DNA of 64,000 nucleotides from Antedon mediterranea (Eukaryota > Animalia > Echinodermata): positions 7,626,001 through 7,690,000 of the forward strand of contig NC_092671.1 in assembly GCF_964355755.1 (NCBI RefSeq). The letters run 5' to 3'. The translations under genes and the position numbers were made by a program. Positions within the stretch are counted from its first letter, which is position 1; each line of letters begins with the position of its first letter. The notes under the pieces were generated by a model that was not told where the DNA came from, searched no databases, and saw only the letters and a list, made by a program, of their open reading frames with translations. Positions 1 through 11,777 of this stretch are shown in pieces.

Positions 1-1059
1 ATAGATAATTTAATTAGCTATTAATCAACATTAATGTCAACAAAATACATCAAATATTTATTAAGTTATGAACAATAAAGTGCATCACTATAAAATGGCG
101 GCCATTTTTGCCGCCATCTTGGATTTCAAGGTGGCCGCAGTAAATTTGCAACGGCACACCTCGTGATTATTGTGTCTAAGGGTATTAGCTAATAAAAAAA
201 GTTGGTGTGCTGAGTGTGTAGAAACATGGCAATGGGACATGTTAACGAAGCATCATTTTGGCACTTGGACCTCCGCTTAATATATAAATTTACGTAAGGC
301 CAAAATTCGGTAAATCGCCCGTTATTTCTAGAATGTTTACTCGATGGTATATAAAGCTAGTTAGAATCTCGGTACTGATTTTAACCACCTGATGTAACCC
401 TGTTTACTAATTAAATTGAGTTAGATAATTAGTTATTGACAATTAAAACGAATTTAGGTTCAACGATTTGCCCCAAATAGGGGTGTTTTTCGATCGTGGT
501 ATACACTGTCTAATGGATGTTCTCTTTAAAAATACCTGCACACAATAATACGAAGATGCTTCGCATTTTCCTATCTCCTCCTACGATAATTGTTTTTAAT
601 AGCTGAAAACCGGTTGAACAGCTCGAGTACAGTATCATATTTTAACTGCCATTTGTCACTATACCTCCTCTATAAACCATAATAATTATTCTCTCGAAAA
701 GCTAGGTCTAAGTCGAGGTGCATAATATGTTATTGCAACAATAAAAATATCTGTACATTTTGGATCCTCTATGCGCCCAAATACTTTTTTTTTTGTCGCT
801 CGGTCTCCATATTAGCATTCACATCAAGTGTGTATGTATGCGTTCAAAATAAGCTTGTCGATAATCAAATCACCAATTTTTAACAATAATACTGAAAGTA
901 GGCCTAAGTTTAAAAAATGCAAATTTTATTATATCTAAATATTATATTGTAGTCCTATAAAATATATACTTAGTATACTACACACAGTAATTAATTATAC
1001 AAAATACTACAGACAAGACAAAACATGCTTCATGAAAACATCGAGATATAAGGGAGAAT

Positions 1060-3238
1060 CTATAATACTTTATGAATAAACACTGCCATCGTCCATGTTT
1101 TATCTCCACCTCCTTCAAATTCATCTCTTTTAATTAGTTCCCATTTCATCGAACGCTCTAGTTTTTTCACGTCATCTTCTAATTGATTGTTTGCATATGG
1201 CGGATACTCGTCTATCCATTGTTGCCTCAATACGTTGACAATTATACCACCTTAAAATACAGAAATGGAAAATATGGTTTAGCGCAAGTGGAATTGTTCT
1301 ATTGAAGTTACCATACTCCTATGCCTAACAGCCGAACTAAATAAAAAAACGAAAAATCGTTAGGCCTACTGTACGAATAAAGTATACTATTATATTATAG
1401 AAACATTTTCTTCTGACGAAACTGTCTTCAAACGTAAGATATTAGTTATACTGGTTTACAGTCAATGAACCACCATATCATAGGCCTACCATTATTATAT
1501 TGTTACGTACTAATTGTGCTTTACCGTCAGTTGGGCAGTCAAGATAACTTACCTGGTTTAACTATCCGAATCCATTCATCAAAACAATCTGAATGAAGTT
1601 GGCCTGGCATAAAACCTCCAACGCACACAAGCCCATCGTAGCTATCTGGATGAAAACAGAAAACATGCAGATATAAGTTCACATTACAATTAGAATTTTA
1701 TATAATACTTCTTTTGGCAGGGTATCACGTCCTCGTCCTTCTGATGGGACGTTCAGAAGAGGCGTTATTGGCGGACGGGCCTATATCATGGTCGAATGTT
1801 TGGAGGGCTGTGTTTATGAATACGTTTCACAACGCATTTAATTAATAATTACTTGCAAAATGTGTAGATTATTGAGGCTATGTCTGGAAATAAACTTGTT
1901 CGCAGTCCGTCTAGGGTAGGCCTTACGTACGGCGGATACCTGGCATAACTGATCGGTTTACCTGAGGCTATTTTAAGGGTCTTGTCGTCAACCCAAACAC
2001 AAATTAGTTCATTCATGATATTCTTTTTGGCTGCTACATCTAAACTCTTCTGAGATGCATCCAACCCGTCGATGTTTCGATAACCGAGTTTGAAAAGCTA
2101 ATAACAAAATAGAATATTAAGAACAAAAATTAAAATATCGATATCTGGACAACCTTCCTGAATAGGCCTATCAACCCGGGCGGGGAAAAGATTACTGCAT
2201 TTGAGAAAATGGGGCACAATACTCATATTCCATCGGAAATAAGACCATGTTAGAAATAAGGTCACTGTTTTTTTAATTCTATAATAAAGAATAGAAAATT
2301 ATACCTGGATTGTTGGTAAAATAAGTATGTCCTTAATTTTGTTTTAATTTCATTTTTGAAGAACATTTATTAATTTCATTAATGGCAAAATAACAATACA
2401 TATAAAATAATTTATACATTTTAAAGACTATTTTTGGGATCCTGTATTAGAAAAAATTCAAATGCAGAATGCCAAAGAAATGTATTTGTCCAAAAGTAAA
2501 TTCATGTTGACATACATTTGTAAAGGGTCGTTCACACCTGTTCCGACACGGTTCCGGAACCGTGTCGGAACAGGTGTGAACGACTCTTAAGTATAATAAG
2601 GATTAAATAAACATACCTCACCCGCTACTCTCCCAGTACCACAAGCAAAATCCAGAATACGTGCATCAGTGTTTGCCAAGTAAGAGGAAAATATATTTGC
2701 AGCGTTTTCTGGGCCTTTGTATCCACTCCCGATTTGGACCTGTAAAATAGTGGTGTTGTAGAATAGCAATTGTAATGCAATTGTGATGCCTCCCAAATCG
2801 TTTGCTCTTAATTTCGCTAGTGGTGATGTATAGCCTTACTCCCAACTTTTCACCAGCAACGGAAGAAACTACAACAAATCTAGCATGTTTATCAGGTTAA
2901 TGATGATAACATAATCTGGCATTATTTGGCATACTACAGCCATTTTAACAAATTGACAAAAAATATACAATGACAAAATGTTCATCAGGATTAAAATAAA
3001 TGACAAATACAGATTTATTTGTTTAACAATAGCATGTGATCGGAGATTGAACCCGTATTCCGTACATCCGTTACGTGTGATCGAAAAACATAACGAAGTT
3101 CAGAATTTTCTTTTAAACATACCGTACCTCATCATACGTTTCAGCCCAGTCATCGTATATTTTCACTTTTCCGTCAGCGTCAGGAACATCTGAAGTTATG
3201 TTGTTCAGTTTTTCGCATGCTATATTTAGAAAGCTCAT
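1060..3238 (-). CDS. METTL27: Methyltransferase-like protein 27 (WBSCR27-like class I SAM-dependent methyltransferase), 5 coding exons, 217 aa
   Basis: Exons (- strand): 3128-3238, 2617-2739, 1962-2097, 1553-1645, 1060-1250. All introns GT-AG with consistent phases; total 654 nt. Translation has YDDWAETYDE, SAM motif I ILDFACGTG, IDGLDAS, YDGLVCVGGF and RIVKPGG, which I recognise as METTL27-family motifs. Confidence 0.88.
2524..2587. mobile_element. 64-bp PIF/Harbinger-type MITE collapsed to a palindrome
   Basis: 2527-2584 is a perfect 58-bp palindrome; the element is flanked by TAA on both sides (2521-2523, 2588-2590). Confidence 0.7.
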
Positions 3239-4629
3239 CGTACAGTCGTAACTATAAAGATACTGGTTTATAGTTGGTACCCTGGAAAGAAGAAGAACTT
3301 AGATTGTAACTAAGGCAAACACAACTATAGGTGGTATGCACGCCGCCGTTCGAGCTCCGATCCGGCAGGGGTTACTCTTAAACTGGGTTTGTGGTGGGGG
3401 GTTTTAGCGAGGTATTCAAGTATCAGGATTAAACTGGGAAGATTTTAAAAATGTCTGAACCACCCTGGGGAAGGTATTGGTTTCGGTGGAGTAATGAAGT
3501 ATCATGGGAATGTTTCAATACCGGGTATTGAAACATTCCCATGATACTTATTACCGTCAGGGAGGCGTTGTGGTTTTAATGGGATATCAAATCAATATGA
3601 AAACCAGAATTTGTTACAAGGATTTATTTATAGTAAGAATTGTTATTGTTTCCAGCTCGATATTTGTGCCAAAATGGATTTTTTTAGCTAATTTTTTTAT
3701 TCTTGAGAATCTGAATCCCAAAAAAGTGCCATTCTTTCGACCACCCGTTCAGCCGAATTTCAAAATGGCCGACGTTCCATACTAAATTTGGTCATCCATA
3801 TGGTATAATTTTGAAAGGCCAGGGGATGTACGGCAGGCCTATAGTAATCATTTTATTCCATTATTACAACCATAAATAATAAACGCATAGTTACATTAAA
3901 ATGGAATAGTATAGTAAGGTTATTAGATTACTTATATACACATTTTCCACATGTTCATCTTAATTCTTAAATATTATAGATATATTGTTGTCTCATTTAA
4001 GTATATATAGTGAAAAATATATATAAAGTAAATCATATAAAAAAACTCGTTGAATGTTTATTTAAATAAATTGATGTAGGCCTACACTGTATTTGTATAA
4101 TAATTGTGTGACCATGAAAGGCAGGATAGAAAACAGCTCATCTAATGTATATGATAAGTAGTTATAATAATTATGCATTAGGCATATACGCTAATACTCA
4201 TTCATAAGAATACAAATACGAACAACAAACGGATGCAATGGGATAAGCCAATGACTTTACTTCGAAGGACAAACATTTTTAGCTGCGAAGCAATGGTTGT
4301 TTGATCTTATTGTTTTACTTGCAATGCGAAAACCGGGGTGTTATATCGAGGATCGAGGATCTTGATACTTAAACTTAACGTATTTTCACACACTGTATTC
4401 AGAATAAAAAAAGCTTTCAAAAGATACCAAAACAGTATTTGAGAAAATTAAATGTTGATTAGATGTTGTTAAACTTACATATATAGGCCTCCATTGTTTC
4501 AATAGAATGTTTAAAGAAAAATTATTATCTAAAATCAGGTTTCGAACCTGGTAGGCCTATTAGCAAATACGACACTTCATTGATCCTGTTGTTTGTAATG
4601 TTTGAATCCGAGGTGTAAATGTAATTTAG

Positions 4630-5840
4630 AGAATCATTTGTTATTATTTATTTAAATTTGCGGAGAATTACATTTGCGCAGACTCAATATAACAGCCCCT
4701 AACGTACGTACATAGCTGAAACATATTTAGTATCAACAGGGAGTTGTAAAATAATTTTATCAAGCTGTACTGTACCAGTATTAATGTTTCAAGAGTCGAC
4801 ATTGTGATATAATAATATGCAAAGTCATACGCTTAATTCAATTGATTATGCCTGACTGGTCTATATTCTTAAATACTATTTACAATTGACAGTTTGAATT
4901 TTATTTTATAACAAGAATAACAACATTTAACATACCCTGAACTGAACGGTGCTCAGTAACAATTCGAATATAATTATAATACTACTATTTTAGTATGATG
5001 GTTTACACTTTTTCTCCCTTCTACTTACGAAGCATCTTGAGAAGCAATTAAATGTCGAAAATAGTGCCAAACAAAATGAAAAATGCGCCCTCTGTAGAAT
5101 CTGAAACGATTTCCTTTAACTACAACTGCTGCTGATCGGCCGCAGTATTGACTCGCACATCGTGGTAAATTTCTATTTTTGTTTTTGCCCCTTTGTGTTA
5201 AAAAAATTTAGGTGATAGATCCGCCCTTGGTTAATCCTAATATAAATAGAACTTCTATACCGAGCTCAACTTGCCCTAATCCGTCTTTCACGCTTTAAAT
5301 GTCCTAAATCCGAACGTAATCCATACATTTAGGCCCTAATGTGTTTGATTTAAATTTAAATGAGAACAAAAAATGTAAACTTTTTACTGAAATCTTACTG
5401 CAATTTTCATTCTCAGAGAAATGTAATTTTACAAAATCATGAAATGAGAGAAACATTTCTTTTATATTATAATCTTTTTGAGTTAAATTATTTCGAGAAT
5501 CATTATTATTATTTATTTATTTGCGAAGAATGTTACATTTGTGCAGACTCTATAAAATACAGAGTCTAAATAGCTGCCTTAATAGTATCAAGTGTAGGCC
5601 TACCGTACTAAGTGTCGACCTTGATTATGCAGGGTATAACATATTTCTCCATATGCCAAGTCACGCTTATAACATATCGTTTTAAATCAGGATGTGTCCA
5701 GTTGATATGCCTAACTGGTCTATATTCTTAAATACCATTTACACTTAACAGTTTGATTGTCATTTTATAAAAAGAATAACAACATTTAAAACTTACCCTG
5801 AACTGAACGGTGCTCAGTAACAATTAGAATATAACTCTTA
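4630..5840. repeat. Diverged direct duplication, about 350-bp unit, copies about 850 bp apart
   Basis: Shared blocks such as CCCTGAACTGAACGGTGCTCAGTAACAATT (~4935 and ~5796) and ACTGGTCTATATTCTTAAATAC (~4855 and ~5714). Confidence 0.75.
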
Positions 5841-6329
5841 TTATGCTGTAACTTTAAGTGGGCTCACTCCGATCTACCGGGCACAGCTCCGCAAGCCGAA
5901 TAGAATTTGCATTCAAATGATTAATTCATGCTGCGTATATCAAATTTCCATTGAGGAAAAATATTTCACGCTTCAAATGTCAAATTATAATGACAATAGG
6001 CATACAATCAATAGGTCTACAATACAAATTTTGATATTGTTTTAATAGAATTTATTATAGGAAATGCACCGGTATTTGGTGTAATCAGTGGGTTTAAAAA
6101 TAATATGTTACAACTCCCTGGTGTAATGCAAGTAGAGCAGATATTGAAATGCAGCCCCAGTCCCACTATCATTTTTTTCTTCCGTCTTCAAAAGGGACAC
6201 TGTATTGCCTGCTTTCAGTCAATAAAATCTATTATTTTAACATCTCTCTTGTGTATAAAAAAGAGAAAATAGTGACTGAAGACTGGATGTTCTATTATTA
6301 ATTAATGTTATTAATCAGATGGGCAAGAA

Positions 6330-7227
6330 TTTGGCTTTTAAGGGAACCAGTGTGCAATACGACGAAAGAAACTCTCTATGGTGACTTTAGCTGGGTCCCC
6401 ATGGAGATCAATCAAATTATTTACAGTTGTAGAGAATTATTAAGATAAATATGCATAGGTGGCTACAGCTAATGTTGTTTACAATGATAAGCCAAGGATG
6501 TAACTTTCGAGATTTTCGATTCAAGTTTCTAAATTTAGCAGATAAGCTTTTTCCCAGAATGTATACCTAATGTAGTTATGAAGTTAAGAGAAGGTAAAGA
6601 TTACTTAATTACCTCCTAAACTACCACCGATTCCCGTTTTTCTAATTTTCGTGATCAATAAGTTGTGAGGAACCACTAAGGCCTTTGATCAATCAAGAAA
6701 GATTGCATGAACATCAGGAGGCCGTGCGAAGTCAAGAGTAGGCTACATGCCCATTTACCAAGGATAAGATTACAGGAAAACCAGGTCTAAATCCAAGTTG
6801 CTGGGGGAGATAGAGATTTTAAAGAGCAGAGTTACAGATATGATCGTTTATAAGTCTCTACATAAGTTTACAAATAACAGGAGTTAAAGAAATAGGACGA
6901 TATGATGTAAAAGACCTTGTAGACCGGTACAACAAGAGCTTGTTTCCAATTTTCAGGAACATGCACTCAGTTGTAAAGAAAAGTTAAACATATCAGCTAA
7001 AGGTTTAGATATTGAAAAAGATATTAATTTTAGCTGCAATCTTGTCAGGTCCTAATACACTATTTCTTAATGTGCAAATGGATTTCTGGACATCGAAAGG
7101 AGTAAAAAAAAGGTTATCATATCAATTATATTTTCAGGATAAGAAATATAATTTAAATTTGGCTCAGATGGATTAAAGCATCTTTTAAAATAATTATAGA
7201 ATTGGGCAGAAATTTCTGCCTTGGAAG
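6330..7227 (-). mobile_element. Degraded non-LTR retrotransposon (CR1/L2-like) RT region, 3' part
   Basis: Minus-strand fragments GPDKIAAK, VPENWKQALVVPVYK, YRPISLTPVICKLM, QLGFRPG and AIFLD*SKA..VPHNLLITK, interrupted by stops and frameshifts. Boundaries approximate. Confidence 0.85.
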
Positions 7228-10200
7228 TGTCACGATTAATATGGTCCGGGGCCAAAATCGGTCCGGCCGGACCAGTTTTGGCTCTAAAATTGTGGCCAAA
7301 AGCAGTCCGCCACTGCCAAAATCGGTCCGGGCTTTTCTTCTGTCGATTTTAATTGAATGACTAGGCCTATGATGCTGTTTTAAATTGTTTATGGCTATAA
7401 AAATATCCCATGATATATATTAGTAAGTTATCTTGTCGGATAAATACTATAAATAAATGTATTTTATCTAAAAACATGACTTAGGTGTTCACTCATATTT
7501 CGGCCTGCCACACACTCACATGAACGGGTATGAGACGCTGATATTGCCAGCTAGATTTGATTTATGATTGAGGCCTTTTTCCTTCCTCAGCCTAATCAAT
7601 ATTGGATAATTTTTTTTCTAATAATTGTATTGAATTGATATATTGATTGATTAACCATAAATAATTAATAAATTAAATTGTTTTTAACATCATGGGGAAA
7701 CGAAGATGTTAAAAAAGAACAAAATGGATTAAAAACAGGCAGAGATACATATTGTATACAAAAAGCCTAACAATTAGTACTTATTATTGATGAGTTACTA
7801 CTAATAATGATAATAAAAAAAACAGGCTTAATTTATAATATTAAAATAACAAATAAAATCCCATAGTTTTCAATATAATGACTACTCTCTTAAATTCATC
7901 GATTGGAAATTTCGATCGTATTTACGTTTGATGATTAAAACCAAACTTTTTAGACTGAATATGGTATTCATGAACGTGAAATACGCTCCAGTTGAAAATA
8001 AAGTTTCAACTGATAGAAAGTTTGATTACAACATCCAATCAGCGCCTAATATATTGTGACGTGAAAGCGCGCGGACAACAAAAGTTTGTCTTCCCTCTCC
8101 TCGCTTCCCGCCCGCCTGATCTTCAGAGTCAGTGTCTTCATGCTCATCGATCGCATTTTAGATTCTTTGCCGACAATTTACGAGCTACCGTATTCGTAAC
8201 ATATACCAATTGAATCAATATCTATTTTAGAAGGTTGGTAATCATTTATTTTAAATTGAATCTAAGGCATACGCTACATTGAGGCCTACATTCACACCAC
8301 CACCACCGCGCACATTTTCTGGCCACAGCACAGATCTAGGCCTAGGCCTAGTTAGTAGGCTAGTTGACGTGACAGCAGCGAGTGTGGTGTACGGTGGTTA
8401 CGGCTCGAGTTTATTTTTGCCGGTTACCGAGTTAGGCTATAGGCCTAGACCTAGTTAGTGAGTAGCCTAGGTTAAATTTACTAAATCAAATGTGTTATGC
8501 CTTGAATATTATTCTATCTAGGCTAGGCCTAGCCTAGTTGAATAGGCATTTCCATTGTATAAACAATTTTAATGAATACTAAAAAAACGTTACTTTGTAA
8601 TTCTTGTAATGTAATGTAATGACGTTCTCTAGCTAGGCCTACCCTACTACTACTAGCTAGCATAGGCTAGTACTAGCCTAGTAGGCTAGGCCTAACTAGT
8701 AGGTCTAGCTGGAGAAGAGCTAGGTCTAATAAATAGGGCTAGGCTAGGCCTAGTTACTAAGCCTAGGCCCTACTTTAATACTATTTCCTAGACTAGGCCC
8801 TAGGGGCCTAGGCCTATAGCTAGAGCCTCTAGTAGGGCCTAGCCTAGGCGTCCTACGAATAAATTATGATATAATTAATAATTATAATATTAATAAATAA
8901 TGACGATAGGCTATACTGTGTATACTGTACAGTACTAAACTATAACATTTAGTAGAAACATATTATTTCTATCTATTGCACAGGAAAAATGCTTGACTAC
9001 ACAATGTCAATGATGTTTCGGGCTGTAATCATTCACAATAACAACATGGACATCATCTTGAACGATTTATATTTATTTTTTGATAGTAAGTAATAATAAT
9101 ATGTTGTATATCTGTATTTAAATCACTGTATTTATACATGTCAATTGTGTATAAATTCGTGTTTTTTAAGCTTTAAAACAGGGACTGGATTAAAAAATAT
9201 TTCCAACCTAGAAGAAACTACTCGACATACCGACCTGATGCTAGAAAAAGATTGCCTAATTATTGGTGGCTTGACTGAATCTGAACTAGCCTATTATTTT
9301 TACTATTTGTGTTACTATTATTAATGTTTTATAATTTATTTTGTGCACTAGGCCTAATGGTCTTGTTATGTTGATTTATATGAAGCATACTATATGTCTC
9401 AATCTTATACAGAGCATGAACCAAATCAGAAGCTGTGAATTTGTTCATTCAACATATCCATGTAAGCATATTAATTAATAGTACAGTTTTTATTTTCATT
9501 TTAAAAATTACGAATGTCAAAATTTACTTAAATTAGAGAAAAGAGTTTTATATGATACTCTTTTCTGATAATATTGAATAGCAAAACTATTCACCGTTGC
9601 TTTTTAAGACCATATTGAAAATAAAAAATTATCAATGATAAAGATAGTACAGTACTACTACTAAAGATGCGTACATTTATCAAATATTTTATGATAAATA
9701 ACAGTTTGTTATGCTTTTTGTTATTCTTACAGGATGCAACAGATGTTAGAAAAGAGTATGCAGGACAAAAATTTGCACAGCCATATTTATTGTCAATTGG
9801 ACGGTCATCATAACTCAACATGTACTTTCATTCAGACACATTATAGAAGCCATGGTTGGGATTTTATTTAGGCTGCACTATATTTTCCTGAATGATATTT
9901 GTGGACTTTGTAGATGCCCTCCCAAGAATTAGGGTATATCACCAAGGCATATAAGATAGTTTTTGAATTTATAATTATACTACTGAAAGACAAAGACTAC
10001 AGCAGTGTCTTGACTATTGTAATATACTGTTGTTATGTTTTCAATAAAATCAAAATGGAATATATATAAGAAACGTATCTTTTTTAAGCATCGTATTTAA
10101 ACAAAAAAGTCAATCGATTTTGGTTGAAAAAATAATTTTTCCAATCTTCTTAGTTTGAAATTTTTCAATCTTTGAATCGATTGAAAATCTTCAATCGTTA

Positions 10201-10559
10201 TTTCAATCAATCCGATTTGTCCCTACTCACAGTCGGCCAAAAGTTGAAAAATCAACCGTATCGATTGAATATTCAGTCGACCAATTTAAGAGAGTAATCA
10301 TGGCCTTTTTTTTTTTTTAATGATATATACATTATGACTCATATTGCGCACCATATATTTGTAAGACCGGACCATATTTGGCGGCCAAAAAACAGTCCTA
10401 CTGCCCGGACCGATTTTATCCAGGCCGGACCAGTTTTGGCGGCCAAAATTGGTCCGGCCGGACAGGTTTTGGCAGCCATAAATGGTCCCCCGGACTGATT
10501 TTGGCAGCCAAAACTGGTCCGCCGGACCGATTTTGGCCCGGACTGATTTTGGCGTGACA
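7228..10559. mobile_element. Non-autonomous TIR DNA element with TGT...ACA termini and 4-bp TSD (Ginger-like)
   Basis: TGTCACG at 7228 and CGTGACA ending at 10559. Inverted subterminal GGTCCG/CGGACC-CCAAAA repeats at both ends. Flanks GAAG/GGAG. Removing the element restores the LINE reading frame. Confidence 0.75.
7883..10296 (+). mobile_element. Internally deleted CACTA/EnSpm(CMC)-like element nested in the TGT..ACA element
   Basis: 14-bp perfect TIR TACTCTCTTAAATT (7883-7896) / AATTTAAGAGAGTA (10283-10296). Clustered ATCGATT/TCAATC subterminal repeats. Internal remnants QPYLLSIG and EAMVGILFRLHYIF recall the second ORF of animal EnSpm elements (from memory, not searched). Confidence 0.6.
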
Positions 10560-10860
10560 GGAGTAAACATTTTGTCATTTACATTGAAGCAATGCATTCC
10601 TATTGCGACGTCACTTACATGAATGATTTTCAGATGAAGCTGAAATCTATTTACTTCAATATTACACATTACTTATATTTAAGCCAGATATTTTGTTTAC
10701 CAGATTTTATGGCTTTTACGATGGATTTTTTTGGCCAGGGGTAATATACATGGTTTTCTAGGCTTTCCACAAATAAATTTACTTGGTATGGCACTATCAA
10801 CACATATTATACAAGGAATTCCATGTTTTTCATTTACATTATTATCTTTGAGCGTGTTTG
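10560..10860 (-). mobile_element. 5' continuation of the degraded LINE (EN-RT linker region)
   Basis: Minus-strand CVDSAIPSKFICGKPRKP and FNVNDKMFT; the latter joins in frame to SKAEISAQFYNYF on the far side of the inserted element. Outer boundary approximate. Confidence 0.65.
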
Positions 10861-10904
10861 ACCATGGTTACAATCTATATGGTATATGGTAACATCAACT
10901 TGGT

Positions 10905-11070
10905 TGATATACAGTTTGCGGTACACCAGTGACGTATATTAGTTCTGAAAGGAACTCTGTTGAGTTTCTCGACGTTTCGATCAATACGCTTTGATCGTCC
11001 TCACTCCTGAGGACGACGATCAACATTATATCAACATTTGATTTCGCCATGCAAACCTTCAAACAACACC
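10905..11070. mobile_element. Penelope-like terminal-repeat fragment in inverted arrangement, with hammerhead-like core
   Basis: Minus strand TGAGGAC-GATCAA-agcgta-TTGATC-GAAACGTCG; inverted CCTGAGGACG on the plus strand; a related copy at ~39963-40110. Confidence 0.55.
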
Positions 11071-11777
11071 AACTTTACCATAGCAATACAGTTTTCGTTT
11101 GATTTGTTTAAGTTTCAACTTAGGTAAATTAAAAGTAGTTAAAATTGATAGAGGATCTGAATTAGCAATGTAATAAAAAACCATGCATTTCATGATTGCA
11201 TGAACATTACCAACAAGTACAAGCTAGTTCCCAATGATAGCATTTTGTTGAAATTATATCGGGTGAGTGCTTTTACAATTTGTTTAAGACCTGCACTGGA
11301 ATAACAGTTTACTATCAATAAAATAAACATTTTGTGCATTCTAGCCAATATATTCCCAAAAAATATGCTAAAAACTTATTCAATTTTAATATTACTTTTT
11401 AGGATCGTTCACCTTTAAGAAAAAAATATTTGTTATGAAAATGTCGTTCATAGAATTCTACTAGGCCTACTGAACGAATCTAATACAAACTGATAATACG
11501 GGAATTCCAAATAAAGACACACAAACAAAATAAATATACAAATGAAGAAATTATATATATATATTTATAATTGAAGAACTTTACTTCTCATCAAACTTCA
11601 TTTGTTATAATTGTTAATATTCTAATGACGCCGATTCGTAAAAATAAAACTTTTTGGCACATATGGCGTGTCAAACTTGAGCTGGGGTGGAACGCCCGCT
11701 GGTGGTGGTTCTTTTTTAATCTGTCGTGCTTTTTTTCAACAATTCGATCGAATATATATTGGCGATCAGATAAAAAT

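Noticed and set aside
1-280. Repeat end at the window start (AAAATGGCGGCCATTTT, ending ..CCGCTTAA)
   Set aside because: Probably a DNA-transposon end, but the other terminus lies outside the window, so it cannot be defined.
10298-10669. 123-aa and 79-aa ORFs
   Set aside because: They read through GC-rich subterminal repeats of the TIR element and into LINE debris; not a gene.
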